Shown here: positions 11,001 through 23,721 of the stretch, in pieces
Layout of the letters: each line of letters starts with the position of its first letter
Numbering within the stretch: the first letter of the stretch is position 1
Assembly: GCF_044704955.1 (NCBI RefSeq)
Contig: NC_091995.1
Span: 53,196,001 to 53,260,000, forward strand
Length of the DNA: 64,000 bases
Direction of reading: 5' to 3'
DNA from: Pristiophorus japonicus
Lineage: Eukaryota
Position numbers and translations under genes: made by a program
The notes under the pieces: model-generated
The model's database searches: none
Told to the model about the DNA's origin: nothing
Seen by the model: only the letters and a program-made list of their open reading frames with translations

Positions 11001-13665
11001 CGGGTAGCACACTCACCTCGGAGTCAGAAGATTGTGGGTTCAAATCCCACTCAAGGTACTTGAGCACATAAATCTAGGCCGACACTCCAGTGCAGTGCTG
11101 AGGGAGTGCTGCACTGTTGGTGGCGCCATCTTTCGGATGAGACGTTGCATAAGAACATAACAAGTAGGAGTAGGCCATACGGCCCTGAGCCTGCTCCACC
11201 ATTCAATACGATCATGGCTGATCCGCTCATGGACTCAGGTCCACTTCCCTGCCCGCTCCCCATAACCCATTATTCCCTTATCAGTTAAGAAACTGTCCAT
11301 TTCTGTCTTAAATTTATTCAATGTCCGGCTTCCACAGCTCTCTGAGGCAGCGAATTCCACAGATTTACAACTCTCAGAGAAGAAATTCCTCATCTCAGTT
11401 TTAAATGGGCGCTCCCCTTATTCTAAGATTATGCCCTCTAGTTCTCGTCTCCTCTATCAGTGGAAACATCCTCTCTGCATCCACCTTGTCAAGCCCCCCC
11501 ATAATCTTATACGTTCGATAAGATCACCTCTCATTCTTCTGAATTCCAATGAGTAGAGGCCCAACCTCCCCAACCTTTCCTTATAAGACAACCCCCTCAT
11601 CTCCAGAATCAACCTTCTCTGAACTGCCTCCAAAGCAAGTATATCCTCCCGTAAATATGGAAACCAAAACTGCATGCAGGATTCCAGTTGTGGCCTCACC
11701 AATACCCTGTATAACTGTAGCAAGACTTCCCTGTTTTTATACTCCATCCCCTTTGCATTAAAGGCCAAGATTCCATTGGCCTTCCTGATCTCTTACTGTA
11801 CCTGCATACTATCCTTTTGTGTTTCATGCACAAGTGCCCCCAGGTCCCGCTGTACTGCAGCACTTAGCAATTTTTCTCCATTTAAGTAATAACTTGCTCT
11901 TTGATTTTTTGTCAAAGTGCATGACCTCACACTTTCCAACATTATACTCTATCTGCCAAATCTTTGCCCATTCACTTAGCCTGTCTATGTCCTTTTGCAG
12001 ATTTTTTGTGTCCTCTTCAAACATTGCTTTTCCTCCCATCTTTGTATTGTCAGCAAACTTGGCTACGTTACACTCAGTCCTTTCTTCCAAGTCGTTAATA
12101 TAGATGGTAAATAGTTGGGGTCCCAGCACTGATCTCTACGGCACCCCACTAGTTACTGATTGCCAACCTGAGAATGAACTATTTATCCCGACTCTCTGTT
12201 TTCTGTTAGTTAGCCAATCCTCTATCCATGCTAATATATTACCCTCAACCCCGTCAACTTTTATCTTGTGCTGTAACCTTTTATGTGGCACTTTGTCAAA
12301 TGCCTTCTGGAGGTCCGAATACACCACAACCACTGGTTCCCCTTTATCCATCCTGCTCATTACATCCTCAAAGAATTCCAGCAAATTTGTCAAACATGAC
12401 TTCCTCTTCATAAATCCATGCTGACTCTGCCTGACCAAATTATGCTTTTCCAAATGTCCTGCTACTGGTTCTTTGATAATGGACTCCAATGTTTTCCCAA
12501 CCACAGATGTTAGGCTAACTGGTCTATAGTTTCCTGCTTTTTGTCTGCCTCCTTTTTTAAATAGGGGCGTTACATTTGCAGTTTTCCAATCTGCTGGGAG
12601 CTCCCCAGAATCCAGGAAATTTTGGTAAATTACAACCAGTGCATCCACTATACCTGCCGCTACTTCTCTTAAGACCCTAGGATGCAAGTCATCAGGTCCA
12701 GATTTATCCGCCTTTAGTTCCATTATCTTACTGAGTACCACCTGTTTAGTGATTGTGATTGTGTTAAGTTCCTCCCCGCCTATAGTCCCTTGACTATCCA
12801 CTGTTGGGATATTGTTTGTGTCCTCTCCCGTAAAGACTGATCTAAAATATTTGTTCAAAGTTTCTGCCATCTCCATGTTCCCCATTACTAATTCCCTGGT
12901 CTCTTCCTCTAAGGCACCAACATTTACTTTAGCCACTCTTTTCCTTTTTATATACCTATAGAAACTCTTACTATCTGTTTTTATATTTCGTGCTAGTTTA
13001 CTTTCTTCTCAATCATTTTTTTAGTCATTCTTTGCTGGATTTTAAAAGCTTCCCAATCTTCTGTCCTCCCACTATTTTTGGCCACTTTGTATGCCCTTGT
13101 TTTTAATTGGATACTGTCCTTTATTTCTTTAGTTAGCCACGGATGACTATCTTTTCTTTTACACCCTTTTCTCCTCACTGGGATATATTTTTTGAGAGTT
13201 ATGAAATTATCTCTTTAAATGTACGCCATTGTTCATCAACCGTTCTACACTTTAATCTATTTTCCCAGTCCACTTTAGCCAACTCTGCCCTCATACCTTC
13301 ATAGTCTCCTTTATTTAAGCTTAGTACGCTGGTTAGAGATCCAACTTTCTCACCCTCCATTAAACCAAGGCCCCGTCTACTCTTTCAGGTGGATGTAAAA
13401 GATCACATAGCATTTTTTGATGAAGAGCAGGGGAGTTGTCCCCGATGTCCTGGCCATTATTTATCCCTCAATCAACATAACGAAAAAATACAGATTATCT
13501 GGTCATTATCACATTACTGTATGTGGGAGTTTGCTTGTGCACAACTTGGGTGCCGCGTTTCCTACAATACAACAGTGACTACACTGCAAAAGTACTTCAT
13601 TGGCTGTAAAGCACATTGAGATGTCCGGTGGTCGTGAAAGGCGCTATATAAATCCAAGTCTTTCT
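11001..13665 (+). mobile_element. tRNA-headed Deu-domain SINE (SacSINE1/AmnSINE-like), split by a CR1
   Basis: Head and B-box GGTTCAAATCC at ~11038. GGATGAGACGTT stops at 11146 and TAAACCAAGGCCCC resumes at 13360. L2-like tail GGCGCTATATAAAT. Confidence 0.82.
11148..13359 (-). mobile_element. 5'-truncated CR1 (family B, ATGTTCTT tail)
   Basis: RT ORF pieces (NYRPVSLTS, QKAFDKVPH, FADNTK); tail CATAAGAACATAA on plus. Confidence 0.92.
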
Positions 13666-14034
13666 CGACTGTGTGAATGAGCCTGTGTTCAAGGAGGGTT
13701 GGTGACAGCCTAATGGTTTTATCACACACCGAATCACCCACATGGGTGTGATGATGCCTTAGGAGGTACGTGTGATGCCCTCACACCTGAATGCTTTCTC
13801 ATCTGTGTGGACAAGCCGGTGCCTTGGAAGGAAGAATTGGTGCACATGGTATGCTTTGTGTACGATCGGCCTCCCACCGCCGTAAAAGCATCGACAGCGC
13901 ATGATTGAAGATGATGTTGTGAAGGCCATATAGGAAAGAATGCAGTTGGAAAGTCCTTCCTTGCCATAAGATTGCCATAATTTGGATAATAAATGTGGTA
14001 GGAATTTTTTTTAAAGGAGTCTTTAATTATTAAT

Positions 14035-14130
14035 AACTTTGATTTATATAGCGCCTTTAACGTAGTAAAACATCCCAAGGCGCTTCACAACAATTTTACA
14101 ACACATTAGATATTGACCATTGAGGGAAAG
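14035..14130 (-). mobile_element. L2 3'-tail fragment
   Basis: ATTTATATAGCGCCTTTAACGTAGTAAAACATCCCAAGGCGCTTCAC, same tail as at 34310. Confidence 0.7.
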
Positions 14131-14639
14131 AGAGCAAATGCGGGAGAAGGAAGTGTAAAAAGAGGTTAAAAGCTCGGGTCTGAAGCAGCAGTCAAAATGC
14201 TCACACGTTTAACACAGGTGAAAAAACTAAAAAAAAGATTGAAATTACATTGTAAATAATACAATAAGGAATATACAATAATAAAATCAGTACAATAAAG
14301 ATTAATTATAATTCAACAATTAAATATATACCATAATTATAAATTAAGTTAAAATGAGAAAATCAGCAATTAAAGCAAATTAAATCAATTATTAGCTTTC
14401 TTTAAAACTCATTCAATGTCCAGTGATTCAATTAAGATGGAAGAACCAATCACCATCCCCCATCTTTGTGATGTCATAATTGTCTTGTTTTTTATTTCTC
14501 ATTTTGTCCCTTTGACAGGACCTGTAATAGATCCAGGCTCAAGCTGCCTCCGTTGTCAGGGAGACGCTTATGTTTAAAACTCCTTCCAGCTGCTCCAGGC
14601 TCGCGCTGCTTAATTAAGGATAAGTTACCACATATTTAG

Positions 14640-14800
14640 CCAGAGAAGAGGTAGAAGTAGCGAGCATGGATTTCAAATGGGACACGCAATGCTTTCAGGA
14701 GGTAGCAGCCATGGTAGATGGGTGAAATGCACTGGAATGTAGTGTACATGGATTTTACAAAAGCCTTCGACAAGATACCACACATAAAATTAACCTTCTC
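14640..14800 (+). mobile_element. Old CR1 RT remnant
   Basis: VVYMDFTKAFDKIPH. Confidence 0.6.
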
Positions 14801-15147
14801 TAACAAGGGGAAGGATGGCAAACTGGTTAGAAAGGAGAAAAGCGAGGAGATAGGAGCAGTGCACTCAATGGCAAGTACAATCATATGGTGTGTAAAAAGG
14901 GTATTGGTCCTGAACCCACTAGGCAAAAATTGGGGCTTCAATTTCTGGAGTGCACACAAAGGAGTTTTCGTCATTAATGGCTTCCTGATGCAGCGCGTTG
15001 CAACATGTTATAGGCGCTATATAAATGCAAGTTGTTATTGATCATCGCATCTTTCAACATAATGCCTGCAGTTACCAGCAAGCGATGAAAAGTGGTTAGA
15101 AGCTGGTAACCACTGTTATGATTCAGGTTTTCGCCCAACAGTCTGTA

Positions 15148-15236
15148 TTCAGCCATGAACTCATTGAATGGCGGTGCAGGCTAGAAGGGCCGAATGGCCT
15201 ACTCCTGCACCTATTTTCTATGTTTCTATGTTTCTA
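15148..15236 (+). mobile_element. CR1 family A 3' tail
   Basis: Hairpin plus (ATGTTTCT)2. Confidence 0.88.
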
Positions 15237-15324
15237 TTCGTGTTCAGAGTACCATCCATGGGCAGTTCCCCACCTCCTACTAAATGCAACGGAAACCTCG
15301 TGGGTGAAGAGAATAGTCATCGTG

Positions 15325-15853
15325 AACAACATCATCACCCGTCTCCGCCCTGCCTCAGCTCATCCGCTGCTGAAACCCTCATCCATGCCTTTATTACCTA
15401 TTCCAACGCACTCCTGGCTGGCTGCCCACATTCTACCTACATTGGCTACCAGTTAAAAAATGCCTCAATTTCAAAATTTTCATCCTTGTTTTCAAATCCC
15501 TCCATGGCCTCGTCCCTCCCTATCTCTGTGATCTCCAGCCCCACAAGCCCCCCGAGATCTCTGCGCTCCACTAATTCTGTCCTTTTGAGCATCCCTGGTT
15601 ATAATCGTTCAAACATTGGTGGCCGTGCCTTCTGCTGCCTGGGCCCCAAGCTCTGGAACTTCCTGCCTAAACCTCTCCGCCTCTCTATCCTCTTTCAAGA
15701 CACTACTTAAAATTTGACCAAGCTTAGGGTCATCTGCACTAATTTATACTTATGTGACTTGGTGTCAATTTTTAAATTTCATTAATTACTCCTGTGAAGC
15801 GCCTTAGGACATTTCACAATGTTAAAGGCACTATATAATACAAGTTGTTGTTG
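15325..15853 (+). mobile_element. L2 LINE 3' fragment
   Basis: CLSSSAAETLIHAFI, RAFCCLGPKLWNFLP; tail ending TACAAGTTGTTGTTG. Confidence 0.85.
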
Positions 15854-16255
15854 AAGCAGGAAGAATTACAAACGTACTCGGTTATTTTGCAACAGAAGAC
15901 ATGCAGGCTGCCCAGCGTGTATTCCTACCTGTTTCAATAGGTAAAAGGAAAAAATCCCTGCTGACAGACCTTATAGTTTAGGCTAAAGCTAAAAACACAT
16001 TTATTGGAGGTTGTAAATTTACAGTCAAATACACAGCAACACGGTATTTAACTTACACCAATGTTCTAAACTACTTTCTGAAACCAAGAAAGAATTTCAA
16101 GTTGCTTATGAGTCCGTTTGAAGAGTCCTTTAACTGCATCTTGAGTAAACATAATACGGAGTGCTGTTCCATGCCATGAAGTATGGCTACCCAGTTATAA
16201 CCAACATTTTCTTTGTTGTCAGACCATGATGGATGGGGCACATCCTTCTTGTTGA

Positions 16256-16730
16256 TCCGTGGCTCAGTGGGTAGCACATTCGCCTCTGAGCCACAAGGTT
16301 GTGGTTCCAAATCCCACGCCAGACACTTGAGCACAAAGCTCTCGGCTGTCGCTCCAGTGCAGTGCTGAGGGAGTGCTGCACTGTTGGAGGTGTCGTCTTT
16401 CAGATGAGACATTAAACAGAGGCACCGTCTGCCCTCTCAAGTGGAGGTAAAAGATCCCACGGCATTATTTCGAAGAAAAGCAGGGGAGTTATCCCCATAG
16501 TCCTGGCCAATATTTATTCCTCAATCAACATAACAAAAAAAACCATATAAACTAGTCATTATCACATTACTGGTTGTGGGAGCTTGCTGTGCGCAAATTG
16601 GCTGCCGTGTTTCTCACATTACAACAGTGACTACACTCCAAAAGTATTTCATTGGCTGTACAGTGTTGTGAGACGACCTGAAGTTGTGAAAGTTGCTATA
16701 TAAATGCAAGTTTTTCTGTCTTTCTTTTCA
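16256..16730 (+). mobile_element. Full-length Deu-domain tRNA-SINE
   Basis: A-box TGGCTCAGTGG, B-box GGTTCCAAATCC, Deu core AAAAGATCCCACGGC..GAGTTATCCCC, L2-like tail. Confidence 0.85.
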
Positions 16731-17224
16731 AAACATAACTAGTACACCACAGTATTAATCTTAAAACAACTACTTTCCCAGAAGGAAAATCACTGATGGG
16801 TCAGCCATTGTAAGTAACGGCTGTCTGCTTCTCAACAGCAAACTTCCAAACATTGTCTGAAGTGCTTGAGTGAAACGATGTCGTCCTAATGGAGACCTGT
16901 CTTCAGGCTGTTCCACAAGCAAAAGCAGACAGCACCTTTCAAACTCTATGCTCACTCCAGGTATCTAGTGTGGATTGTCTACACTGAACCCTCACTCCTA
17001 GACTAAAGGAATTCCTTCAGAATCTTCCCTCTTCATGCTCCTCCTCTGGATGGATGTGTGTCCTGCTCACCTCTGATCATCCTTCCCTCTCTGTATTTTG
17101 CCTCTGGTCACTGCTCAGGCCCTCCTATCAGCAGCTGGGCTGAGATCAGGAAACTCCCCATGTCCATGATGGTGCCGAGTCACATTGGACCTATTCTTAC
17201 AACCCTTCCGCCACTCCACTTTCT

Positions 17225-17550
17225 GTCTTTCGGATGGGACGTTAAACCGAGGCCCCGTCTGCTCTCTCAAGTGGAAGTAAAAGATCCCACGGCACTATTT
17301 TGAAGAAGAGCAGGGGAGTTATCGGGGGTGTCCTGGCCAATATTTATCCCTCAACCAACATAACAAAAAACAGATGATCTGGTCATTATCACATTGTTGT
17401 TTGTGGGAGCTTGCTGTGCGTAAATTGTCTGCCGCATTTCCCACATTACAACAGTGACTACACTCCAAATGTACTTCATTGGCTGTAAAGTGCTTTGAGA
17501 TGTCCGGTGGTCATGGAAGACACTATATAAATGGGAGTCTGTCTCCTTTC
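17225..17550 (+). mobile_element. Headless Deu-domain SINE
   Basis: GGACGTTAAACCGAGGCCCCGTCTG through the tail. Confidence 0.82.
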
Positions 17551-18084
17551 CACGGCGCGCACAGTCGGTACGCGTTCACTATCACCGAGGGTGAGCTACT
17601 GAAAGACAGCTTCAGCCTGTAGACCCTGCCCTGGGCAAGAGACGCAGCCCTTCAGTGGAGGGGGGCGGGGGGAGGGGCGAAGAGGCAATGGATGGGGGGA
17701 AGGTAGGACGAAACAACTAAAGGTCACCGGCATCATTGAGCTGTCTCCTTCCAGCCATTTCACGTGGCTCACTTCCTACGGGGCTTTCCTCCATACGGGT
17801 CTTTCTCTGGCTGATTTCTCCCCTCCCTGGCCACAGGTGCAAAGACCAATTGCAGTATCCCTACTACTGCCTCTGGAATAGACCCTCCCCCACACGAGTG
17901 TGTTGATGGGTCAGCATTTGAAGCCTTTCTGACCCGTGGAAGATTTGATCAGTTTCTTGCCCAAAGTCAGAGTGTGTGAATCACTTGTACAGATGCTGCA
18001 CAGGGAAGGGTTCCCAGCCTGTGTGGACACATTGCTCCTGCAGGAGGGACGGGAGTCTGGAATGACTCCTTCACTCTGTGGACG

Positions 18085-18712
18085 TCATCATAGGCAGTCC
18101 CCCGGAATCGAGGAAGACTTGCTTCCACTCCTGAAGTGAGTTCTTTGGTGACTGTACAGTCCAATACAAGAGCCACAGACCCTGTCACAGGTGGGACAGA
18201 CAGTCATTGAGGGAAGGGGTGGGTGGGACAGGTTTGCCGCACGCTCTTTCCGCTGCCTGCGCTTGATTTCTGCATGCTCTCGGCGATGAGACTCGAGGTG
18301 CTCAGCGCCCTCCCGGATGCACTTCCTCCACTTAAGGCGGTCTTTGGCCAGGGACTCCCAGGTGTCAGTGGGGATGTTGCACTTTATCAGGGAGGCTTTG
18401 AGGGTTTTCTTATAGCGTTTCCTCTGCCCACCTTTGGCTCGTTTGCCGTGAAGGAGTTCCGAGTAGAGCGCTTGCTTTGGGAGTCTCGTGTCTGGCCTGC
18501 CCAGCGGAGCTGATCAAGTGTGGTCAGTGCTTCAATGCTGGGGATATTGGCCTGGTCGAGGATGCTAACGTTGATGCGTCTGTCCTCCCAGGAGATTTGT
18601 AGGATCTTGCGGAGACATCGTTGGTGGTATTTCTCCAGTGACTTGAGGAGTCTACTGTACATGGTCCATGTCTCTGAGCCATACAGGAGGGCGGGTATCA
18701 CTGCAGTCTTGT
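18085..18712 (-). mobile_element. RTE-clade LINE 3' fragment
   Basis: IPALLYGSETWT..EKYHQRCLRKIL..QLRWAG; (ATG)n tail. Confidence 0.88.
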
Positions 18713-18869
18713 AGTGGTGTGACGTCTTCATACTGTTAACAGCTCTCTTGTCAACACTGCATCTCCACAGTTTCTCACCCTTGTGGATGGCGGGAGAGGT
18801 TCGAGACACTTGCTGAAATTTGAGATGGTGCACTGGAACCACTGTGTGGAGGGGCAAAACAAGAAACCT

Positions 18870-19282
18870 ATGCAGCTCATTGGAGTTTAGGCGATCTTAT
18901 TGAAACGTATAAGATTCTGAGGGGGGCTTGACAAGGTAGATGCAGAGAGGATGTTTCCCCTTGTGGGGGAATCTAGAACTAGGGGCAATCTCAGAATAAG
19001 GGGCCGCCCATTTAAAACGGGATGAGGAGGAATTTCTTCTCTCAGAGCGTTGTAAATCTGTGGAATTCTCTGCCCCAGAGAGCTGTGGAGGTTGGGTCAT
19101 TGAATATATTTAAGGTGGAGATAGACAGATTTGGAATGATAAGGGAGTCGAGGGTTATGGGGAGCGGGTAGGGAAGTGGAGTTGAGGACAAGATCACATC
19201 GGCTATGATCTTATTAAATGGCGGAGCAGGCTCGAGGGGCCGTATGGCCGACTCCTGCTCCCATTTCTTATATTATGTTCTC
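18870..19282 (+). mobile_element. CR1 family B 3' fragment, ~80 bp downstream of the ZNF stop
   Basis: End of ORF2, hairpin GGAGCAGG..CCTGCTCC, degenerate ATGTTCT tail. Confidence 0.85.
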
Positions 19283-19360
19283 TGAAGCTCTGCACTTCCT
19301 GAGGACGTGCTGGTCTCCGAGAGGGGGCTCTTGGGTCAACCGCCGGCTCCGTTGCAAAGC

Positions 19361-20563
19361 TCACGCTGCAAACTGTTGCTCCCCTGTGTGTGTGCGCTGA
19401 TGCACCAGAAGGGAGGATGACTGAGTGAAGGCTTTGTGGCAAAGCTCGCAGCGGAAGGGCCTCTCCCCAGTGTGAGTGCGTCGGTGCACCAGCAGGGAAG
19501 AGGAGCGCACAAAGGCTTTCTTGCACACCTCGCAGCTGAAGGGCCGCTCGCCAGTGTGGGTGCGTTGGTGGGCCCGGAGGTTGGGCAGCTGCGTGTAGGC
19601 CTTGTCGCAGAGCTGGCACTTGAAGGGCTTCTCGCCGGTGTGGGTGTGCCGGTGCACCTGCAGGAAGACCAGCTGGGTGAAGGCCTTGTCGCAGAGCTCG
19701 CAGCGGAACAGCTTCTCGCCCGTGTGGATGCGCCGGTGCACCCGCAGGTTGGAGGACTGCGAGAAGGCTTTGTGGCACACCTCGCAGCTGAAGGGCCGCT
19801 CGCCGGTGTGGGTGCGCTGGTGGACCTGGAGGTTGGAGGACTGCGAGAAGGCTTTCTGGCACACCGGGCACTTGAAGGGCCGCTCGCCGGTGTGGGTGCG
19901 CTGGTGAACCTGCAGGAAGACCAGCTGGGTGAAGGCCTTGTGGCAGGCCTGGCACCGGAAGGGCTTCTCGCCGGTGTGGGTGCGCTGGTGGATCAGAAGC
20001 TGCGTGGACTTGGCGAAGCCTTTGTGGCAGGCCTGGCACCGGAAGGGCTTCTCCCCGGTGTGGGTCCTGCGGTGCTCCACCAGGCACAGCGAGCGCCTGA
20101 AGGCCTTGCCGCACACCTCGCAGGCGAAGGGCTTCTCCCCCGAGTGGATGCGCCGGTGCTGCAGCAGGGTGGAGGACTGCGAGAAGGCCTTGCCGCACAC
20201 CGGGCACTTGTAGGGCCGCTCGCCCGAGTGCACCCGCCGGTGGCTGACCAGGAAGGCCGGCTGGGCGAAGGCCTGCTCGCACACCTCGCACTTGTAGGGC
20301 CGCTCGCCCGTGTGCACCCGCTGGTGCTCCCGCAGGCGCGAGGACTTGGCGAAGCTCTTCCCGCAGGCCTGGCAGCCAAAGGGCCGCTCGCCCGTGTGGC
20401 CGCGGTGGTGCTCCAGCAGGCCCACCGAGGTCACAAAGGCCTTGCCGCACAGCTGGCAGCCGAAGGGCTTGTCCCCCCGGTGGGCCCGCTGGTGCACCCG
20501 CAGGGTGTACGACTGCGCAAAGCCCTTGTGGCACACCTCGCACGTGTACGGCTTCTCCCCCAT
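19361..20563 (-). CDS. Tandem C2H2 zinc-finger protein, 14 fingers (400 aa from first in-frame ATG)
   Basis: Intact ORF of 14 CxxC-x12-HxxxH units with TGEK/RP linkers; very high GC3. The track start at 20638 is a TTG; the first ATG is MGEKPY at 20563. Confidence 0.93.
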   Translation of the reverse strand: MGEKPYTCEVCHKGFAQSYTLRVHQRAHRGDKPFGCQLCGKAFVTSVGLLEHHRGHTGERPFGCQACGKSFAKSSRLREHQRVHTGERPYKCEVCEQAFAQPAFLVSHRRVHSGERPYKCPVCGKAFSQSSTLLQHRRIHSGEKPFACEVCGKAFRRSLCLVEHRRTHTGEKPFRCQACHKGFAKSTQLLIHQRTHTGEKPFRCQACHKAFTQLVFLQVHQRTHTGERPFKCPVCQKAFSQSSNLQVHQRTHTGERPFSCEVCHKAFSQSSNLRVHRRIHTGEKLFRCELCDKAFTQLVFLQVHRHTHTGEKPFKCQLCDKAYTQLPNLRAHQRTHTGERPFSCEVCKKAFVRSSSLLVHRRTHTGERPFRCELCHKAFTQSSSLLVHQRTHTGEQQFAA

Positions 20564-20985
20564 GCAGCCACCGCCCTCGTGCCCCGGGGAGGCACGGCAA
20601 TTACTCACTGCGGGGGGGGGGGGGGGGGCTTCGTCCAAACGCCCTTTACCCTGGAAATGGCCCGGTCCTGGGCAGGCGTGTCCGTGCGCCGTGTAGCAGC
20701 AGGCACAACCTCACCGGGCGACTTGGCGCACTAGCTCGCCGGGGCCCCACCTGTCAAATCGTCACTCGCGCCCGCCTGCCGCGGCCGAGCCTCCCGAGGC
20801 GCCGTCTTTGGGCCAATACCCGCTGCTGCTCAGCACTTTCGCTTTCGAGAATGAACCAGAGTTCTCCTGCTCGAGTGGTGTTAACGTGGAGCTGTTCCTT
20901 GGCTGACGGGTCAGGTTGGATCAGTGGTGTTTATCCTCCCGGTAATCTCTGTACAAAGTATGGTCTGTAATACGCTGCAATATTT

Positions 20986-21010
20986 CTGTAACAAGATGGA
21001 AAAAAAAATT
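20986..21010 (-). other. Candidate splice acceptor of the ZNF terminal exon
   Basis: Minus strand TTTTTTTTCCATCTTGTTACAG, exon starting at 20985. Confidence 0.6.
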
Positions 21011-21154
21011 ACTTTTCCTCCAATTCTCTCCCCCCAACCCCCCCCCCCCCCCCTCTGTTGGAGGAGACTGCCCGACTGGGAGAGTCTGCAGCTCATTCAA
21101 CCATGGAGAGCGTTGCAGCCAAGCCCCGTATACCCTCACTTGACAGCCACTCTT

Positions 21155-23363
21155 TAGAAACATAGAAACATAAAAAATAGGTGCAGGAGTAGGCCATTCG
21201 GCCCTTCGAGCCTGCACCGCCATTCAATAAGATCATGGCTGATCATTCACCTCAGTACCCCTTTCCTGCTTTTTCTCCATACTCCTTGATCCCTTTAGCC
21301 GTAAGGGCCATATCTAACTCCCTCTTGAAGATATCTAACGAATTGGCCTCAGCAACTCTCTGCAGTAGGGAATTCCACAGGTTCACCACTCTCTGAGTGA
21401 AGAAGTTTCTGCTCATATCAGTCCTATATGGCCTACCCCTTATCCTTATACTGTGACCCCTGGTTCTCGACTTTCCCAACATTGGGAACATTCTTCCTGC
21501 ATCTAACCTGTCCAGTCCCGTCAGAATTTTATATGGTTCTACGAGATCCCTCTCATTCTTCTAAACTCCAGTGAATACAGGCCCAGTCGATCCAGCCTCT
21601 CCTCATATGTCAGTCCTGCCATCCCAGGAATCAGTCTGATGAACTTTTGCTGCACTCCCTCAATAGCAAGAACATCCTTCCTCAGATTAGGAGACCAAAA
21701 CTGAACACAATATTCCAGGTGAGGCCTCACCAAGGCCGTGTTCAACTGCAGCAGGACTTCCCTGTTCCTATACTCAAATCCCCTAGCTATGAAAGCCAAA
21801 ATACCATTTGCCTTCTTCACCACCTGCTGTACCTGCATGCCAACTTTCAATGACTGATGAACCATGACACCTCGGTCTCGCTCCACCTCCCCTTTTCCTA
21901 ATCTGCCGCCATTCCGATAATATTCTGCCTTTGTGTTTTTGCCCCCAAAGTGGATAACCTCACATTTATACACATTATACTGCAGCTGCCATGAATTTGC
22001 CCACTCACCTAACCTGTTCACGTCACCCTGCAGCCTCTTAGCATCCTTCTCACAGCTCACACCGCCACCCAGCTTAGTGTCATCTGCAAACTTGGAGATA
22101 TTACACTCAATTCCTTCATCTAAATTGTTAATGTATATTGTAAAGAGCTGGGGTCCCAGCACTGAGCCCTGTGGCACCCCACTGTTCACTGCCTGCCATT
22201 CTGAAAAGGACCCGTTTATCCCGACTATCTGCTTCCTGTCTGCCAACCAGTTCTCTATCCACGTCAGTACATTACCCCCAATACCATGTGCTTTAATTTT
22301 GCACACCAATCTCTTGTGTGGGGCCTTGTCAAAAGCCTTTTGAAAGTCCAAATACACCACATCCACTGGTTCTCCCTTGTCCACTCTACTAGTTACATCC
22401 TCAAAAAATTCTAGAAGATCTGTGAAGCATGATTTCCCTTTCATAAATCCATGCTGACTTAGTCCAATCCTGTCACTGCTTTCCAAATGTGCTGCTATTT
22501 CATCTTTAAGAATTGATTCCAACATTTTCCCCACTACCGCTGTCAGGCTAACCGGTCTATAATTCCCCGTTTTCTCTCTCCCTCCTTTTTAAAAAAGTGG
22601 TGTTACATTAGCAACCCTCCAATCCATAGGAACTGATCCAGATTCGATAGACTGTTGGAAAATGATCACCAATGCATCCACTATTTCTAGGGCCACTACC
22701 TTAAGTACTCAGGTCCTGGGATTTACCGGCCTTCAATCCCATCAATTTCCCTCACACAATTTCCTGACTAATAAGGATTTCCTTCAGTTCCTACTTCTTG
22801 CTAGACCCTCGGGCCCCTAGTATTTCCGGAAGGTTATTTGTGTCTTCCTTCGTGAAGACAGAACAAAAGTATTTGTTCAATTGGTCTGCCATTTCTTTGT
22901 TTCCCCATTATAAATTCATCTGATTCTGACTGCAAGGCACCTATGTTTGTCTTCACTAATCTTTTTCTTTTCACATATCTATAGAAGCTTTTGCAGTCAG
23001 TTTTTATGTTCCCAGCAAGCTTCCTCTCATACTCTATTTTCCCCCTCCTAATTAAACCCTTTGTCCTCCTCTGCTGGATTCTAAATTTCTCCCAGTCCTC
23101 AGGTTTGCTACTTTTTCTGGCCAATTTATATGCCTCTTCCTTGGATTTAACACTATCCCTAATTTCCCTTGTTAGCCACGGTTGAGCCACCTTCCCCGTT
23201 TTATTTTTACTCCAGACAGGGATGTACAATTGTTGAAGTTCATCCATGTGATCTTTAAATGTCTGCCATTGTCTATCCACCATTAACCCTTTAAGTATCA
23301 CTTGCCAGTCTATTCTAGCCAATTCACATCTCATACCATCGAAGTTACCTTTCCTTAAGTTCA
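21155..23363 (-). mobile_element. 5'-truncated CR1 family A
   Basis: 331-aa RT ORF with FADD; tail TAGAAACATAGAAACAT on plus. Confidence 0.93.
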
Positions 23364-23721
23364 CGAGACCTAGCTCACTGGATAGTGATCAGGAGGAGGC
23401 ACTGCCCAGTTTCTTTAACCCTGCCCTAGCCCAGGAACCCCACTAGTGCCTAACCTGACTCAACTCAACTAAAGGTTGATGGGCTCAACCTTTCTGACTG
23501 AGAATTCATTTATTGGCTCAAAGTCTTTTTTAATGTTATGGGAGACACACATGAATGATTTTCGTCAAAATTAATTTCATTGACAATTATTCTTCGTTAT
23601 AAAATGCTGTTGTTACAGACTATGGAGAAAAGTTGCATTTTACTGTGCAGTAAGGCTCAGTAACACACCGTGTAGTACCGCCTTAGATAATGTCCTTCAC
23701 CTTCACGCTGCCAATATCGTT

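Noticed and set aside
13734-14078. 114-aa minus ORF in semi-unique DNA
   Set aside because: Starts inside an L2 tail, no recognisable domain or splice support.
14488-14625. Strong plus-strand acceptor (TTTTGTCCCTTTGACAG at 14518)
   Set aside because: No convincing donor or partner exon and no coding signal; cannot support a gene.
16256-16330. tRNA-like sequences (also ~11001, 44040, 60520, 61860)
   Set aside because: They are SINE heads attached to SINE bodies, not stand-alone tRNA genes.
19203-20734. Long overlapping ORFs (465 aa minus alternative frame, 432 aa antisense)
   Set aside because: Shadow frames of a GC3-rich repetitive ZNF; non-ATG starts and no independent domain.
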